A stretch of DNA of 64,000 nt from Anthoceros angustus (taxonomy: Eukaryota > Plantae > Anthocerotophyta). The translations under genes were made by a program, and so were the position numbers. The stretch is from positions 269,851 through 333,850 of the forward strand of contig MU008208.1 of NCBI GenBank assembly GCA_010909165.1, written 5' to 3'. Below the pieces are notes generated by a model that worked only from the letters and a program-made list of their open reading frames with translations, searched no databases and was not told the origin of the DNA. How positions within the stretch are numbered: position 1 is the stretch's first letter; each line of letters begins with the position of its first letter. Below are positions 33,615 to 47,129 of this stretch, in pieces.

Positions 33615-36600
33615 ACTGACAGAAAATCGCCAACCTCGACCACAGCGACACAAAACAATTGCGGGTCCTCGGTGACAGGCCTACCACGGGCGCCGGGGAC
33701 CCCAGTTCACACCGATTTCGTCCCTACTTCTAAGACCAAACCCTACGACACAACACAATTGCGAGTCACCTCGTGACAAAGCCTACCACGGGCGCCCGGG
33801 GACCCCAGTTCACACTTGATTCGTCCCTACTTCTAAGACCAAACTTCTCCACTCGGGGCGCTCTTTTACTTGCAGTTGGGATTCGTCCCTTAGGCTCTGC
33901 TGTGGCCTTCCACTAACACCTACACCTCTAATCCTCTACTCATCTTCTCATCTCCTCATCCTCTTCCTCCTAGTCTAACCTCGATTCGGGCTTCTTGGTT
34001 TCGACTCGCCCTTACGGCTGGCACAGGTCGCCTCCACCAAGTTCTTCCTTGGGCGGTTGCTATGAGTTTGACACAGGCGAGAACCTCCGAGTCTTTCCTG
34101 TAGTCTACCCTCAAGCCGAGAGTTCTCAGGCATTTGCCACACACCCAAAGCAAAGCAATTTCACGGCAACCATTCACAAGGGAGCAACTCGTTTAGGCAC
34201 TTGCAGCAAGTCCTCCACCAAACACTCAGACCACGCGACTTCCTCTACGACTGTGTTGGCTCACGGCACGAAATTCCTCTGTAATGGCAAAGGACTCGAT
34301 GGCGTGGGCGCAAGACATGATACTTTACTTTGTGAAATCCTCCTCCTCTTATAGGAGGCCTTCCACATACAACCTCCCTTGGGTGACCCTCTGCAGTCAC
34401 CTTTTCCACTATTATTTCCTACCGACATTTAATACGGCACCTAAATCTATTATATCCTTGGTAAATTCTATTCTAGTAACTTCACCTAAGACCATCCTTG
34501 AAGGATGTCGGGTCTACACCACCTATCCTTCCGTTCTAAAGCTCATTTATGGTCATTGACCATTCTTAGTCTTCATCTCATTGGGGTGGTGACATGGCCC
34601 TTGGATTGGCTCCCTCGCCCTCCTTTGCTCTGTCCCTTCCCGGATCTTGTCGCCTTAATGTGTGGGGCAAGTACAATCTTGCCCCTTCCTCCATCTCCGG
34701 GGCGCCTAAAGTCTGTTATCTTCCATCGATCGCGCCTCCCGCGCACCTGGCGCCTTTTCTCCGCCCGCGCTGGTCGCGCCCGTTCATCGCACCCTACGCG
34801 GTGTCAGCGGACTACGGTGACTACTACCATGGTGTCGGTACCTATCTCCTTCTTCTCCTTCCTCTCCATCGGTGATGTCTGGGTGAGTTCCTTTGCTCCT
34901 TCCTTGCTTTGTTTGGTTTGTCCATACCTATGAGCATGTCTTCAAGAATCTTCCCCATTGACCAATGCTAACTCCGGGCCTTCTTGCGTTGGTCTCCTCT
35001 CGGGCCCGGCTCCTCCCTTATCAGGTGGGGGAACTTCTCACCCCTCCTTCCTCGGTGACCCGTCCTTAGTCTCCTCGGTGGGGTTGTCTCTCCCACCACC
35101 CAGCTGCTCCTCCGGGGTATACTACGGACCCCGGCTCCTTCATCCTCGGCCGGGCCTCGCGGCGGCTCTAGATCTCCGGGCACTGCCCTACCGGTGAGTC
35201 AGCGGACTACCGTGGTTGGTTCTGCAGTGGCGGCGGACTACCGTGGTAGGTCACCACCGTGGTAGGTTGACCCCCGAGGTGGGCTTTCCCCCTCCTTGCT
35301 CTGCGCCACCTTCTACATTTACAATGGTAAGACCACTAGCGAGGCGGAATTACTCAGGCATGCGAAAATGTCCCAACTCTCGGTAATGTGACCAGAAACA
35401 TAGCTCTCACGGAATCAGGAATGTGATACCTTGAGATGAGAGCTGAAAATGGTATTGAAATCATTCGGATGATCGGACATCCTCGTCCCTTAGGCTCTGC
35501 TGTGGCCTTCCACTAACACCTACACCTCTAATCCTCTACTCATCTTCTCATCTCCTCATCCTCTTCCTCCTAGTCTAACCTCGATTCGGGCTTCTTGGTT
35601 TCGACTCGCCCTTACGGCTGGCACAGGTCGCCTCCACCAAGTTCTTCCTTGGGCGGTTGCTATGAGTTTGACACAGGCGAGAACCTCCGAGTCTTTCCTG
35701 TAGTCTACCCTCAAGCCGAGAGTTCTCAGGCATTTGCCACACACCCAAAGCAAAGCAATTTCACGGCAACCATTCACAAGGGAGCAACTCGTTTAGGCAC
35801 TTGCAGCAAGTCCTCCACCAAACACTCAGACCACGCGACTTCCTCTACGACTGTGTTGGCTCACGGCACGAAATTCCTCTGTAATGGCAAAGGACTCGAT
35901 GGCGTGGGCGCAAGACATGATACTTTACTTTGTGAAATCCTCCTCCTCTTATAGGAGGCCTTCCACATACAACCTCCCTTGGGTGACCCTCTGCAGTCAC
36001 CTTTTCCACTATTATTTCCTACCGACATTTAATACGGCACCTAAATCTATTATATCCTTGGTAAATTCTATTCTAGTAACTTCACCTAAGACCATCCTTG
36101 AAGGATGTCGGGTCTACACCACCTATCCTTCCGTTCTAAAGCTCATTTATGGTCATTGACCATTCTTAGTCTTCATCTCATTGGGGTGGTGACATGGCCC
36201 TTGGATTGGCTCCCTCGCCCTCCTTTGCTCTGTCCCTTCCCGGATCTTGTCGCCTTCCTAATGTGTGGGGCAAGTACAATCTGCCCCTTCCTCCATCTCC
36301 GCAGGCGGCGCCTGTCTGTTATCTTCCATCGATCGCGCCTCCCGCGCACCTGCGCCTCTCCCGGCTTCCGCCGCTGGTCGCGCCCGTTCATCGCACCCTA
36401 CGCGGTAGTCGGCGGACTAGGGGTAAACTTCATGGTAGTCGTCCTATCTCCTTCTTCTCCTTCTCTCCATCGGTGATGTCTGGGTGAGTTCCTTTTGCTC
36501 TTCCTTGTTTGGTTTGTCCATACCTATCATGAGCATGTCTTCAAGAATCTTCCCCATTCGCACCAATCTTGCTACTAACTCCGGGCCTTTTGCGTTGGTC

Positions 36601-39000
36601 TCCTCCTGGGGCTCCTCCCTTATCAGGTGGCGGGAACTTCTCACCCCTCCCTTCCTCGGGTCGGACCCGTCCTTAGTCTCCTCGGTGGGGTTGTCTCTCC
36701 ACCACCCAGCTGCTCCTCCGGGGTATACTACGGACCCCGGCTCCTTCATCTTCAAGTCCACCGGTGTTTCAACCAATACACGAGAAGCCGCACTTTGCTT
36801 CTCATCTGGTCCTACACGCCCACGGTCCGTAACTCGTGGTCTTATCTTCACATTGAAGTACCTTTTTTGACAATGTTAGCATGATAGTAGATCTAGCAAG
36901 CTCATCCAGGTCCCACTCATCACATGTCATACTATACGGTTTGGCCTAACAACTTTATGGGCTTGATCGCTTTTTACGCACTAGAACATTATACACTTGT
37001 TCTTTCCGAGCGGGAAGTTAGTACCATCTAACTTCGATATTGAACATAGCGTTTTCGATGATGAAGACATCGCGGCTCAAAAAAATCGTCTGATAAAACA
37101 CTCGACTCGCCTTGTCGAGAAAAGTCAAAAGATCCGTGCGGCCCGTGTATTTTGCCGTTGACTATTCCACACGAATATTCCGCCAAATATTTGAATTTTA
37201 CGCCCGCCCTCGTTGTGCTCGATCTGTGATGCGCACGGCACAGGATACGCGCTGCCCACTTCTAGCAGTGGCCACCTTGGCATTGGGCGCCACCCACTGC
37301 GGCCTGCCCGCGCCACCGTGCCGCTAAAGCCCGGCCCGGCCCAGCCATTCTTGCACCATCAGGAGGCGCCCCGGCTGCCCGTGACTCGCCGTGTGGGAGG
37401 GAAAACCCAGGCTTGAGGCTTCCCCCTCTAAGCGGCCACACTTATCACTGTCGCGTCGTTGGGTTTCGTCCCATGAGACTTGTGTGAAAGTTCGAGGGTC
37501 TGTGCGATCGCTACTGCGATGACACACTTCTCGACCTTCTAAACAAGCAAGGCGCCCTCTACTCTCCTCTTCACGGTGCACCACTTGCCTTTTGCTCGAA
37601 AATCACCAATCCTCGACCTACGACACACACCAGGTCACTTAGCGTGAGGAGCCTATCACGGGCGCCGGGACCCCAGTCCACACGCAATTTCGTCCCTACT
37701 TCTAAGACCACTCTTCTCCACCTCTCGGGCCATCGGCCTTCTTGCGTTGGTCTCCTCCTTGCTTCCTTGGTGGCCTTCCACATACAACCTCCCTCAAGAC
37801 CTTCTCCTTCTTCTCCTTCTTCTCCTTCTTCTCCTTCTCTCATAGACCACCATCGGCCTTCTTGCGTTGGTCTCCTCTCGGGCCATCGGCCTTCTTGCGT
37901 TGGTCTCCTCCTTGCTTCCTTGGGCGGTTGCTATGAGTTTGACACAGACGGCGAGAACCTCAGTCTTTCACTGTAGTCTACCCTCAAGCCGAGAGTTCAC
38001 AGGCATTGCCACACACCCAAAGCAAAGCAATTTCCGGCAACCATTCACAAGGGAGCAACTCGTTTAGGCACTTGCGGTGAGCAAGTCCTCCACCAAGCAC
38101 TCACCACATGCGACTTCCTCTCTACAGACTGCGTTGGCTCACGGTACAGAAATTCCTCAAGGCAAAGGACTCGATGGGCGCAAGACATGATACTTTGTGA
38201 AATCCTCCTCCTCTTATAGGAGGCCTTCCACATACAACCTCCCTTAGGTGACCCTCTGCGGTCACCTTTTCCAATCTATTATTTCCTACCATGACATTTA
38301 ATACGGCACCTAAATCTATTATGCGATCCTTGGTAAATTCTATTCTAGTAACTTCACCTAAGACCATCCTTGAAGGATGTCGGTCTACACCACCTATCCT
38401 TCCCGTTCCCCAAAGCTCATTTATGGTCATTGACCATTCTTAGTCTTATCTCTGGGGTGGTGACATGGCCCTTGAGGATTGGCTCCCTCGCCCTCCTTTT
38501 GCTCTGTCCCTTCCCGGATCTTGTCGCCTTCCTAATGTGTGGGGCAAGTACAATCTGCCCCTTCCTCCATCTCCGCAGGCGGCGCCTGTCTGTTATCTTC
38601 CATCGGCGCCTCCCGCGCACCTGCGCCTCTCCCGGCTTCCGCCGCTGGTGGCGCCCGTTCATCGCACCCTACGCGGTAGTCGGCGGACTAGGGGTAAACT
38701 TCATGGTAGTCGTCCTATCTCCTTCTTCTCCTTCTCTCCATCGGTGATGTCTGGGTGAGTTCCTTTTGCTCTTCCTTGTTTGGTTTGTCCATACCTATCA
38801 TGAGCATGTCTTCAAGAATCTTCCCCATTCGCACCAATCTTGCTACTAACTCCGGGCCTTTTGCGTTGGTCTCCTCCTGGGGCTCCTCCCTTATCAGGTG
38901 GCGGGAACTTCTCACCCCTCCTTCCTCAGGTCGGACCCGTCCTTAGTCTCCTCGGTGGGGTTGTCTCTCCACCACCCAGCTGCTCCTCCGGGGTATACTC
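33615..39000 (-). mobile_element. Three partial 3' LTR + PPT + 3' UTR copies of the Gypsy family
   Basis: ccttccacataca|acctccctt(g/a)ggtgaccc at 34371, ~35971 and ~38236. 33881-34690 is repeated at 35481-36250 (offset 1600) with identical ORF translations. Confidence 0.8.
36739..37070 (-). mobile_element. Copia family 2 gag N-terminus
   Basis: ATG at 37070. Across frameshifts: MSSSSK...KLDGTNF..(W)KEQVYNVLV.KK.IKP...EW.LDELARSTIML.LSK.(Y)FNVK...SAASRV...VDLKMKE. Joined to the Gypsy 3' UTR through ggctccttcatc (36739-36750). Confidence 0.75.
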
Positions 39001-42000
39001 GGCTCCTTCATCCTCGGCCGGGCCTCGCGGCGACTCCCCAACGATCTCCGCGCCCACGGGCTGCCCCGGTAGTCAGCGGACTACGGCGTGTGTGTGTCTA
39101 CCACGGTCAGCGGACTACCGTGGTGCTCACCTGGTGGTTGACCCCGGAGGTGGGCTTTCCCCTCCTTGCTCTGCGCCACCTTCTACCTTTGGCGCTGGCT
39201 CCTTCGTCTCGACTCCTCAGTTCCTCGGAGTCCATTTCGTGATGGCCTCATCAAAATCGGAGGCCTCAGGCCACTTGCGGCTCCTTCTGTCATCATCATG
39301 AGGACCCAATGTCCTCCTCTTGGCCAACCGATCTCATTGTTGGCCTTCAAAATTCTATTGTGGAGGTGAGCCCCAAGCTATGATATTGCATTTGGAGATC
39401 ATCAATCTCCGTGGGCCACTCTCCATCTTCACACCTACCTTTGTAGGCGTCCCTTGAGGTGGTCAATTCCCCACCTTGACATGGAGGTCACATTCTCCTC
39501 CTTGCTTCCTTGGTGGCTGGCCAATTTTGCACGAAGGGCATAATCAAAAAGCCCCTTTTCTACATTCTGTACCACCTTCTTGTGGTACTCCTCCTCTGGG
39601 ACCTTTTTCCTTCAAGTCCTCTATTCGTTGAGCAAGCCCTTCCTCTCTCCGCTTGCCAAGCATCTTTCTCGCGCTCGCTCTCTTGGTGAATTTCAGCTCG
39701 GGCGCTTCTCTTCCAAACTAACGGGTCCTTCTCAACTCTTCCTTCATGTCCGGATCTGATGGCGTAGCCATCACTGCTCTTGGCGTCCATTTCTTTGGAC
39801 CGCTACCTTCTCCTTCCAGAGCCTCTGTTTTGCCCTTCGCTCTTGCTCTAATTGGGCAAAATGCTCCTCATATACATCTCCATGAATCCTTGGGTGGTTG
39901 CTCGAATGGCTCTTTCTTGATTTGACAACCTCCCTCAAGACCTTCTCCGTGCGGCATCCATAAGGTCGTGGAGCTTCTCCACCTTTTCGGCTTGGCTGCC
40001 TTCGTCGGACTCCATGGCCTCCAATTGCCATTTGGTCCTGCCTTCCTCCGGCCATGTCTTGAGATTTCACTTCCTCTTGGCATGCCCACAAGGAGGCTGC
40101 TAGCTCCCAGCCTTCAAATCCACACGGTGAGTGCTTCACAAGCTACAATTCTCCTAGGGGTCCTAATTCCACCCCTTCTTTCTTCTTGCTGGAAATCTCC
40201 AGCTCTCACCTTCTCGGGCCATCGGTGCGGCCTTCTCGCTCCATCCGCTCTCCCACAGGCGGAGATGGTGGCCTTGGCGCGCTCGCGGCACCTCGCTTCT
40301 CCTTCCCTTCCCACCCCGTGCTGCTTTGCTGGCGGCGTGGGGTGCCCTACAGCGGTGAGGCTGCTCCCCCCAGTGGTGCCTACCTACCATGACATTTAAT
40401 GCGGCACCTAAATCTATTCGATCCTTGGTAAATTCTATTCTAGTAACTTCACCTAAGATCATCCTTAAGGATGTCTACACCACCTATCCTTCCCCGTTCC
40501 CAAAGCTCATTTATGGTCATTGACCATTCTTAGTCCTTATCTTGCTGGGGTGGTGACATGTCCCTTGTGGATTGGCTCCCATGGAAATCTTCCACAAAAT
40601 TGGAGGAAGTTGGTCTTTGAAATAAGAGTGCGTTGGTAATTTACCAACACAATCTTTGCGAAGAGCCTCCACTTGACTCCTTGATGCTCTCGGTCTTCCG
40701 CCATTCTTGGCGTGGGCCTTCACTCCTCCATCTCGCGGCGCCCATTCCCTCGGTCCTCCGGCCATGTCTTGAGATTTCACTTCCTCTTGGCATGCCCACA
40801 AGGAATTTGCTCTAGCCCCTTCAAATCCACACGGTGAGTGCTTCACAAGCACCGGCAATTCTCCTAGGGGTCCTAATTCCACCCCTTCTTTCTTCTTCTT
40901 GGAAATTTCCAGCTCTCACACTTCTCGGGCCATCGGCGTGTGCAGGCCTTCCCCGTCGCTCCATCCGCTCTCCCACAGGCGGAGATGGTGGCCTCGGCGC
41001 CCCGCGGCACCTCGCTTGCTTCTCCTTCCCTTCCACCCTGGTAATTTGCTGGCGTGGGGTGCCCTACAGCGGTGGCTGCTCCCCGGTGGTGCCTACCTAC
41101 CTACCATGGTGGCCTCTGATAGTGCCCACCCCTTGGGTGGCGCCTCCCCTAGGGAGTGTCAGGTGCCTCTCTCGTAGGCACAAAGGAGATGGTGGGGACT
41201 CCCCCACTCGCATCACCCCTCACATGGTCCTTCTCTCATAGACCACCATCGGCCTTCTTCGGCCTTGCTCTTCTTCCCTTGCTTGCTCACTGTGGGAAAG
41301 GATTCCCACTCGGCAACTTTGCCTCCGCTTCTCCTCTTGCCTCTAGCATTTTGTGGAGTCGACCTCCCACCGTCTTCGCAATGCAAAGGCAAAGGCCTTT
41401 CCAACCTCGGAGATGGATGACCTCAAAGGGATGCATCTTCAAGCTCCTTGCTTGTGAGAGTCCCTCGGTTTCCCATAAATGCACCAAATAGGTGCTAAGA
41501 TAGCAGGCCTTGGTCCTTCCTCATCCACGAATTTGGCTTGAGCTTCTCGATGGTGTATGTGCTTCATACATGATAGTCCCCAATCGGCTTGGCTCCCATG
41601 GAAATCTTCCACAAAAATTGGAGGAAGTTGGTCTTTGAAATAAGAGTGCGTTGGTCTCCTCTCACAGCGGGTCCTCCCTTATCGTGGGGTGAGAACTTCT
41701 CACCCCTCCTGTGGTCCTTCCTCGGCGGGTCGGACCCGTCCTTAGTCTCCTCCCGGGGGTTGTCTCCCACCTCCTGCTCCTCCCGGGGGTATACTAGGAC
41801 CCCGGCTCCTTCATCCTCGGCCGGGCCTCGCGGCCCGACTCCCAACAGCTCCGCGCCCCGCCCCTACCGGTAGTCTGGCGGACTACTGGCGTGGGGTGCC
41901 CTACAGCGGTGAGGCTGCTCCCCCGTGATGCCTACCTACCATGGTGGCCTCTGATAGTGCCCACCCCTTGGGTGGCGCCTCCCCTAGGGAGTGTCAGGTG

Positions 42001-45000
42001 CCTCTCTCGTAGGCACAAAGGAGATGGTGGGGACTCCCCCACTCGCATCACCCCTCACATGGTCCTTCTCTCATAGACCACCATCGGCCTTCTTCGGCCT
42101 TGCTCTTCTTCCCTTGCTTGCTCACTGTGGGAAAGGATTCCCACTCGGCAACTTTGCCTCCGCTTCTCCTCTTGCCTAGCATTTTGTGGAGTCGACCTCC
42201 CACCGTCTTCGCAATGCAAAGGCAAAGGCCTTTCCAACCTCGGAGATGGATGACCTCAAAGGGATGCATCTTCAAGCTCCTTGCTTGTGAGTCCCTCGGT
42301 TTCCCATAAATGCACCAAATAGGTGCTAAGATAGCAGGCCTTGGTCCTTCCTCATCCACAATTTGGCTTGAGGAGCTTCTCGATGGTGTATGTACGCTTC
42401 ATACATGATAGTCCCCAATCGGCTTGGCTCCCATGGAAATCTTCCACCTTTGGGCGCTCCTCTCCTCCTTCTCCTCAGACTCCTCGGAGTCCATTTGATG
42501 GCCTCATCAAAATCGGAGGCCTCGGCACTGTTGCGGCTCCTTCATCATCATGAGGACCCAATGTCCTCCTCTTGGCCAACACAACCTCATTGTTGGCCTT
42601 CAAAATTCTGATGGAGGTTGATGTAACACTCCTCAATCAATTCCAAATTGGGTCCTCCGCAATTCTTCCTTGCCTTTCCAACCTCGGTGGAGATGGATGA
42701 CCTCAAAGGGATGCCATGCATCTTCAAGCTCCTTGCTTGCTCACTGTGGTCCTTCTCTCATAGACCACCATCGGCCTTCTTGCTCTAATTGGGGCAAAAT
42801 GCTCTCCGCCTCTCCATGAGTCCTTGTTGCGCCGAATGGCTCTCTCCTCTTGCTCTTCTTCCCTTGCCTTTCCAACCTCGGTGGAGATGGATGACCTCAA
42901 AGGGATGCCATGCATCTTCAAGCTCCTTGCTCTTCTTCCCTTGCCTTTCCAACCTCGGTGGAGATGGATGACCTCAAAGGGATGCCATGCATCTTCAAGC
43001 TCCTTGCTCTTCTCCTCTTGCCTCTAGCATTCCTCTCGTAGGCACAAAGGAGATGGTGGCTCCTTCCCTTGCCTTTTCAACACGGCCGAGTGCTTCACAA
43101 GCACCTGAATTCTCCTAGGGGTCCTAATTCCACCCCTTCTTTTCTCAGCCTGCATCTGGGCGCAGGCGGGTCCCTTCACCGCCCCATCCGCCTCCCACCC
43201 ACTGGGATAGTGGCGCCGCCGCCTCCGCTTCTCCTTCCCTTCCTACCATGGTGTGCAGCGTGGGTGTGCACTCCCCTGTGATACCTCTCTGCGGTAGTGC
43301 CTACCTACCATGGTGGTGGCCCTACCTGATAGTCGCCACCCTGGGTGCTCCTCTGGGGTGGGGTGGGGTGCCTCTTCCCTAGGCACAAAGGAGATGGTGG
43401 GGACTCCCCCCTCCTTGCTTGTGAGAGTCCCTCGGTTTCCCATAAATGCACCAAATAGGTGCTAAGATAGCAGGCCTTGGTCCTTCCTCTTGCTCTTCTT
43501 CCCTTGCTTGCTCACTGTGGGAAAGGATTCCCACTCGGCAACTTGTTGCCTCCACTTCCTCCGCCCTCTAGCATTTTGTGGAGTCGACCTCCCACCGTCT
43601 TCGCAATGCAAAGGCAAAGGCCTTTCCAACCTCGGTGGAGATGGATGACCTCAAAGGGATGCCATGCATCTTCAAGCTCCTTGCTTGTGAGAGTCCCTCG
43701 GTTTCCCATAAATGCACCAAATAGGTGCTAAGATATGTGGCCCTTCCTCATCCACCAATTTGGCTTGAGGAGCTTCTCCTGATGGTGTGTAGGCCTCATA
43801 CATAATGGTTCCCCAATCCGCTTGGCTCCATGGAAATCTTCCACAAAATTGGAGGAAGTTGGTAAATAAGAAGTCGTAATTCACCAACCCCAGCACATCT
43901 TGCAAAGAGCCTCCACTTCAGCTCCTTGATGCTATCCGCTTTTCCACCCATTCGTGGGCCTTCACCTCGTCCATCATCATGTAGGACCTCTGGAATTTCG
44001 GAGAGGGCCGTCCTCTTCCTCCATTCGACCTTTCGAGGAGAGCAATTCGAGCTCCTCCTCCGCCTTCCATACACTGCCGAATGCTCACCGCCCAAAGAAC
44101 GGATCCCCGAGCATTCCTCTCCTGCGCAGGGGCTCATTGATGGAGGTTGATGTAACACTCCTCAATCAATTCCAAATTGGTGTAGGCCCATTGGCGGCCA
44201 TACACCCATCCCAATTGGATGTTCTCCTCCTCCGCCATTAAAATCACTGGGGTGATTGAGCTGCCCAAAGCAAGTGAATTGGGGCATCTCGACACCCTCC
44301 TCGCTTCTCCGCTGCCTTCTTTCCTTTCCTCCTCGCGAGGAAGAGCCCTTGGTGGCTCCTTCCCTTGCCTTTCCCGCTCGAGGCATGGTGGCGTTCCTTT
44401 TAGCTTACAAGGAAGATTACTCTCAATTTGTGATCCAAGCTTCGCTCCCAACACTCCTTCTTCCCTTGGGCGCACCACACAACGTTCCACGTTAGCTCTC
44501 CCGCCTCCTTTTGCCCAATTCTCCTGATCTCTTCCGCGCTTGGTGTGATCCTTCCTCTTTACTCTCAATTTCTTCCTTGCGCTCGGCGCCCCAACTCGCG
44601 CCTCCGCCTTGGCTCGGCCCCAATGTGTCTCTTTCACGGCTCCAGGAGCCTCGTGCTCCGCCTCCTTTTCTTCCGCCTAGGGTTTCTCCTTTTCTCGATC
44701 GCCCGCTCTCCTCTCGCTCGGCGCGGTGGCGGTGGTGGCGGCTTTCTCTCCTCTTGCTCTTACGCTCTCCGTCTCGCTCTTAAGTGAGTTTACCTCGATT
44801 CGAAGGAAGTTGCGCACTTTGCCCTCTTTGGATGCGCCACGCACAACCCTAGATTGGTTCATCATTCCAAAATCCTAATTCTACCTATTTTCCTATCACG
44901 CTATCCTAATTAATCACTAATTACTCTTATATATTCCCTATTGGTGAGCATATATAGTGGATATCCCCTTATATTCATTCCTTTTAGAGATTGTCACCTC

Positions 45001-45290
45001 TGATACGCGGCTTACAGCGATGATGCCTTCTTTTCTCACCTACGGCGTGGTGTGGCGACCTACGGCGTGGTGTGGCGACCTACCCTTCGGTTGCCCTCGC
45101 CTCGTCGTCATTTGACCCATTCTTCCTTGGGATATCCTTTTGCCTTCCTAACAATCCTACAACTCCGACTTCAAGATTCTCGAGAATTTCTGGCATGCTC
45201 CTCTTCAATCGTTCTTAGCCAAAAAAAATCAAACTTGTTGTCTTGGGCTCTTTTGTGGTTGCCCAAACTTTTATATTCCTGTTGAGGCGG
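39000..45290 (-). mobile_element. Minus-strand shuffled array of the Gypsy eORF, spacer and post-integrase segment
   Basis: Same peptide blocks as 5620-14140 on the opposite strand; spacer at 44850-45000. Confidence 0.8.
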
Positions 45291-46790
45291 CCCGAAAATC
45301 CGAAGATGAGTAATAAGAGGCTTATATCCATGCGGGACTCAAAGGGTGTCGGCGAGCGGACTTGGAAAGAACCACATTGCGGAGATCGCATGATATTAAC
45401 CGGCCCGGAAGGGTTTGGGGAGGCGGAGCTAGCATGGCGCGGGCCATGGCGGCATGCCGTTGGCCTTTTCAACCCCATTACTAGAAGTATAGGGCAAGTG
45501 CGGCGGATAATCCCCTCTCAAGGCGAAGTCCTTAAATTGCGGTTATTTAATTCTCACGCATTGTCGGATCTAATGCATGCGAAGCTTGCAACGGTTTGCG
45601 GCTCGACCATAGTGACAAAAGGAGTAAAGGAGCCGAAGGAATCACTCTTCAACTTGAGCGGAATAGCAAAGGTATAGCGACTATAGTCATCAACAATAGT
45701 CATAAAGTGCGGTCTTGCCAAGTGAAGGGCGGGAGTGGACCACAAAGATCAACATGGACCAACTCCAAGTGAGTAGCCAGGCGAGTAAAGTAGGATAGGG
45801 AAGCTCGTTGTTTAGCATATATACAAGGTTCACATAGCAGATGCATGAAAAGTGTGGTAGCTTATCCTAAATAAATCACGCTAGACATCTCTAAAAGCTT
45901 ATCATGATTAATATGTCCAAGCCGAGAATGCCATAATAGAGTCACCTTTGCGAGAACTCCCTCGCCGCGATGGCCATTGCGGGGCGTGGTCGAGGCTGTG
46001 ATCAGCAGTGCAGCGGAGACATAGAGGTCATGCAGCGGGCGACCTCTAGCAACCACGCGACCGGGAGCAGATCTTGTGAGGAGGCAATCGCCTCTGCCAA
46101 ACTCTAGCTGAAAGTACCGTCCTTCACCGGCGCAATCCCCTCCTCCTTGGCTCGGCTGATGGCTGCGGCGATTGACAACCTTCTCCTTCCTTACGCCCAC
46201 GCCAAATTTCATCTCTTCCATCATCATGTAGGACCTCTGGAATTCGGAGATGGAAATGTTGGGTGTCGCGGCCTTTTGATGAGCCTCTCGAACAGGGCCA
46301 TTCTGAGAGGACACAAATGCTTGAAAGCTGGCAGGAAGGGAGGCCTGTAGTTGGACACAAGCGTCAAATTCTGATAAGGGAGTGCCTAAAGCAGCCAACT
46401 GGGCCCGAAGATATCGAAACTTCCCAACATAAGTACCAATGCTCTCATTATTATACACACTGTGACTAATGTCATAACATTGGTAGATTGAAAAATATCT
46501 ACTAGGCCATGCCTACCTTGATGGTAGCCCCATCGATATGATGTAGTGTGACCGTCGAGCTGAAATAAGAATGTGAAGTGCAAGCTGTCTTGTTTGATCA
46601 AGTCGAGAGGCGGCGAGAGGGACCAAGGCGTTGAATGGTGCCATCCACTATGCCAAGCAAGTCACGAGTGTTGAGTATGGAGCATACGCTTGGCCCATAT
46701 CTCAAACTTTGTGTCAAAGCGGTCTTTTCTTTGAATTCGGAAGAAACATTCATATAATTAATAATTGGTGTAGGCCCATTGGCGGCCATA
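45290..46790 (-). mobile_element. Copia family 1 gag (UBN2-like) fused directly to GAG-pre-integrase and integrase core
   Basis: ILNTRDLLGIVDGTIQR...MYNNESIGTYVGKFRYLRAQLAALG...VQLQASLPASFQAF; LWHSRLGHINHDKL; HFMTIVDDYSRYTF..LKLKSD.F..F...VEPQT....IRSDNA. Confidence 0.85.
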
Positions 46791-47129
46791 CACCCATCCC
46801 AATTGGATGTTATCCTCCTCCGCCATTAAAATCACTGGGGTGATTGAGCTGCCCAAAGCAAGTGAATTGGGGCATCTCGACACCCTCCTCGCTTCTCCGC
46901 TGCCTTCTTTCCTTCCTCCGAGGAGGAGCCCTAAGCGGCTCCTTCCCTTGCCTTTCCCGCTCGAGGCATGGCGCTCTTTCCAAGCTAAGGAAGGAATTAC
47001 TCCCAAAAACCTCGTGCCGCCCAAACGCTCCTCCTCTCCGGCAAACCCTCCTCGACACAATTCCATGTTAGGCTTGGTGACGCCCTAGCACAATTTTCCT
47101 CGCGATTTCCTCTCTTTTGGCAAGGCCGG

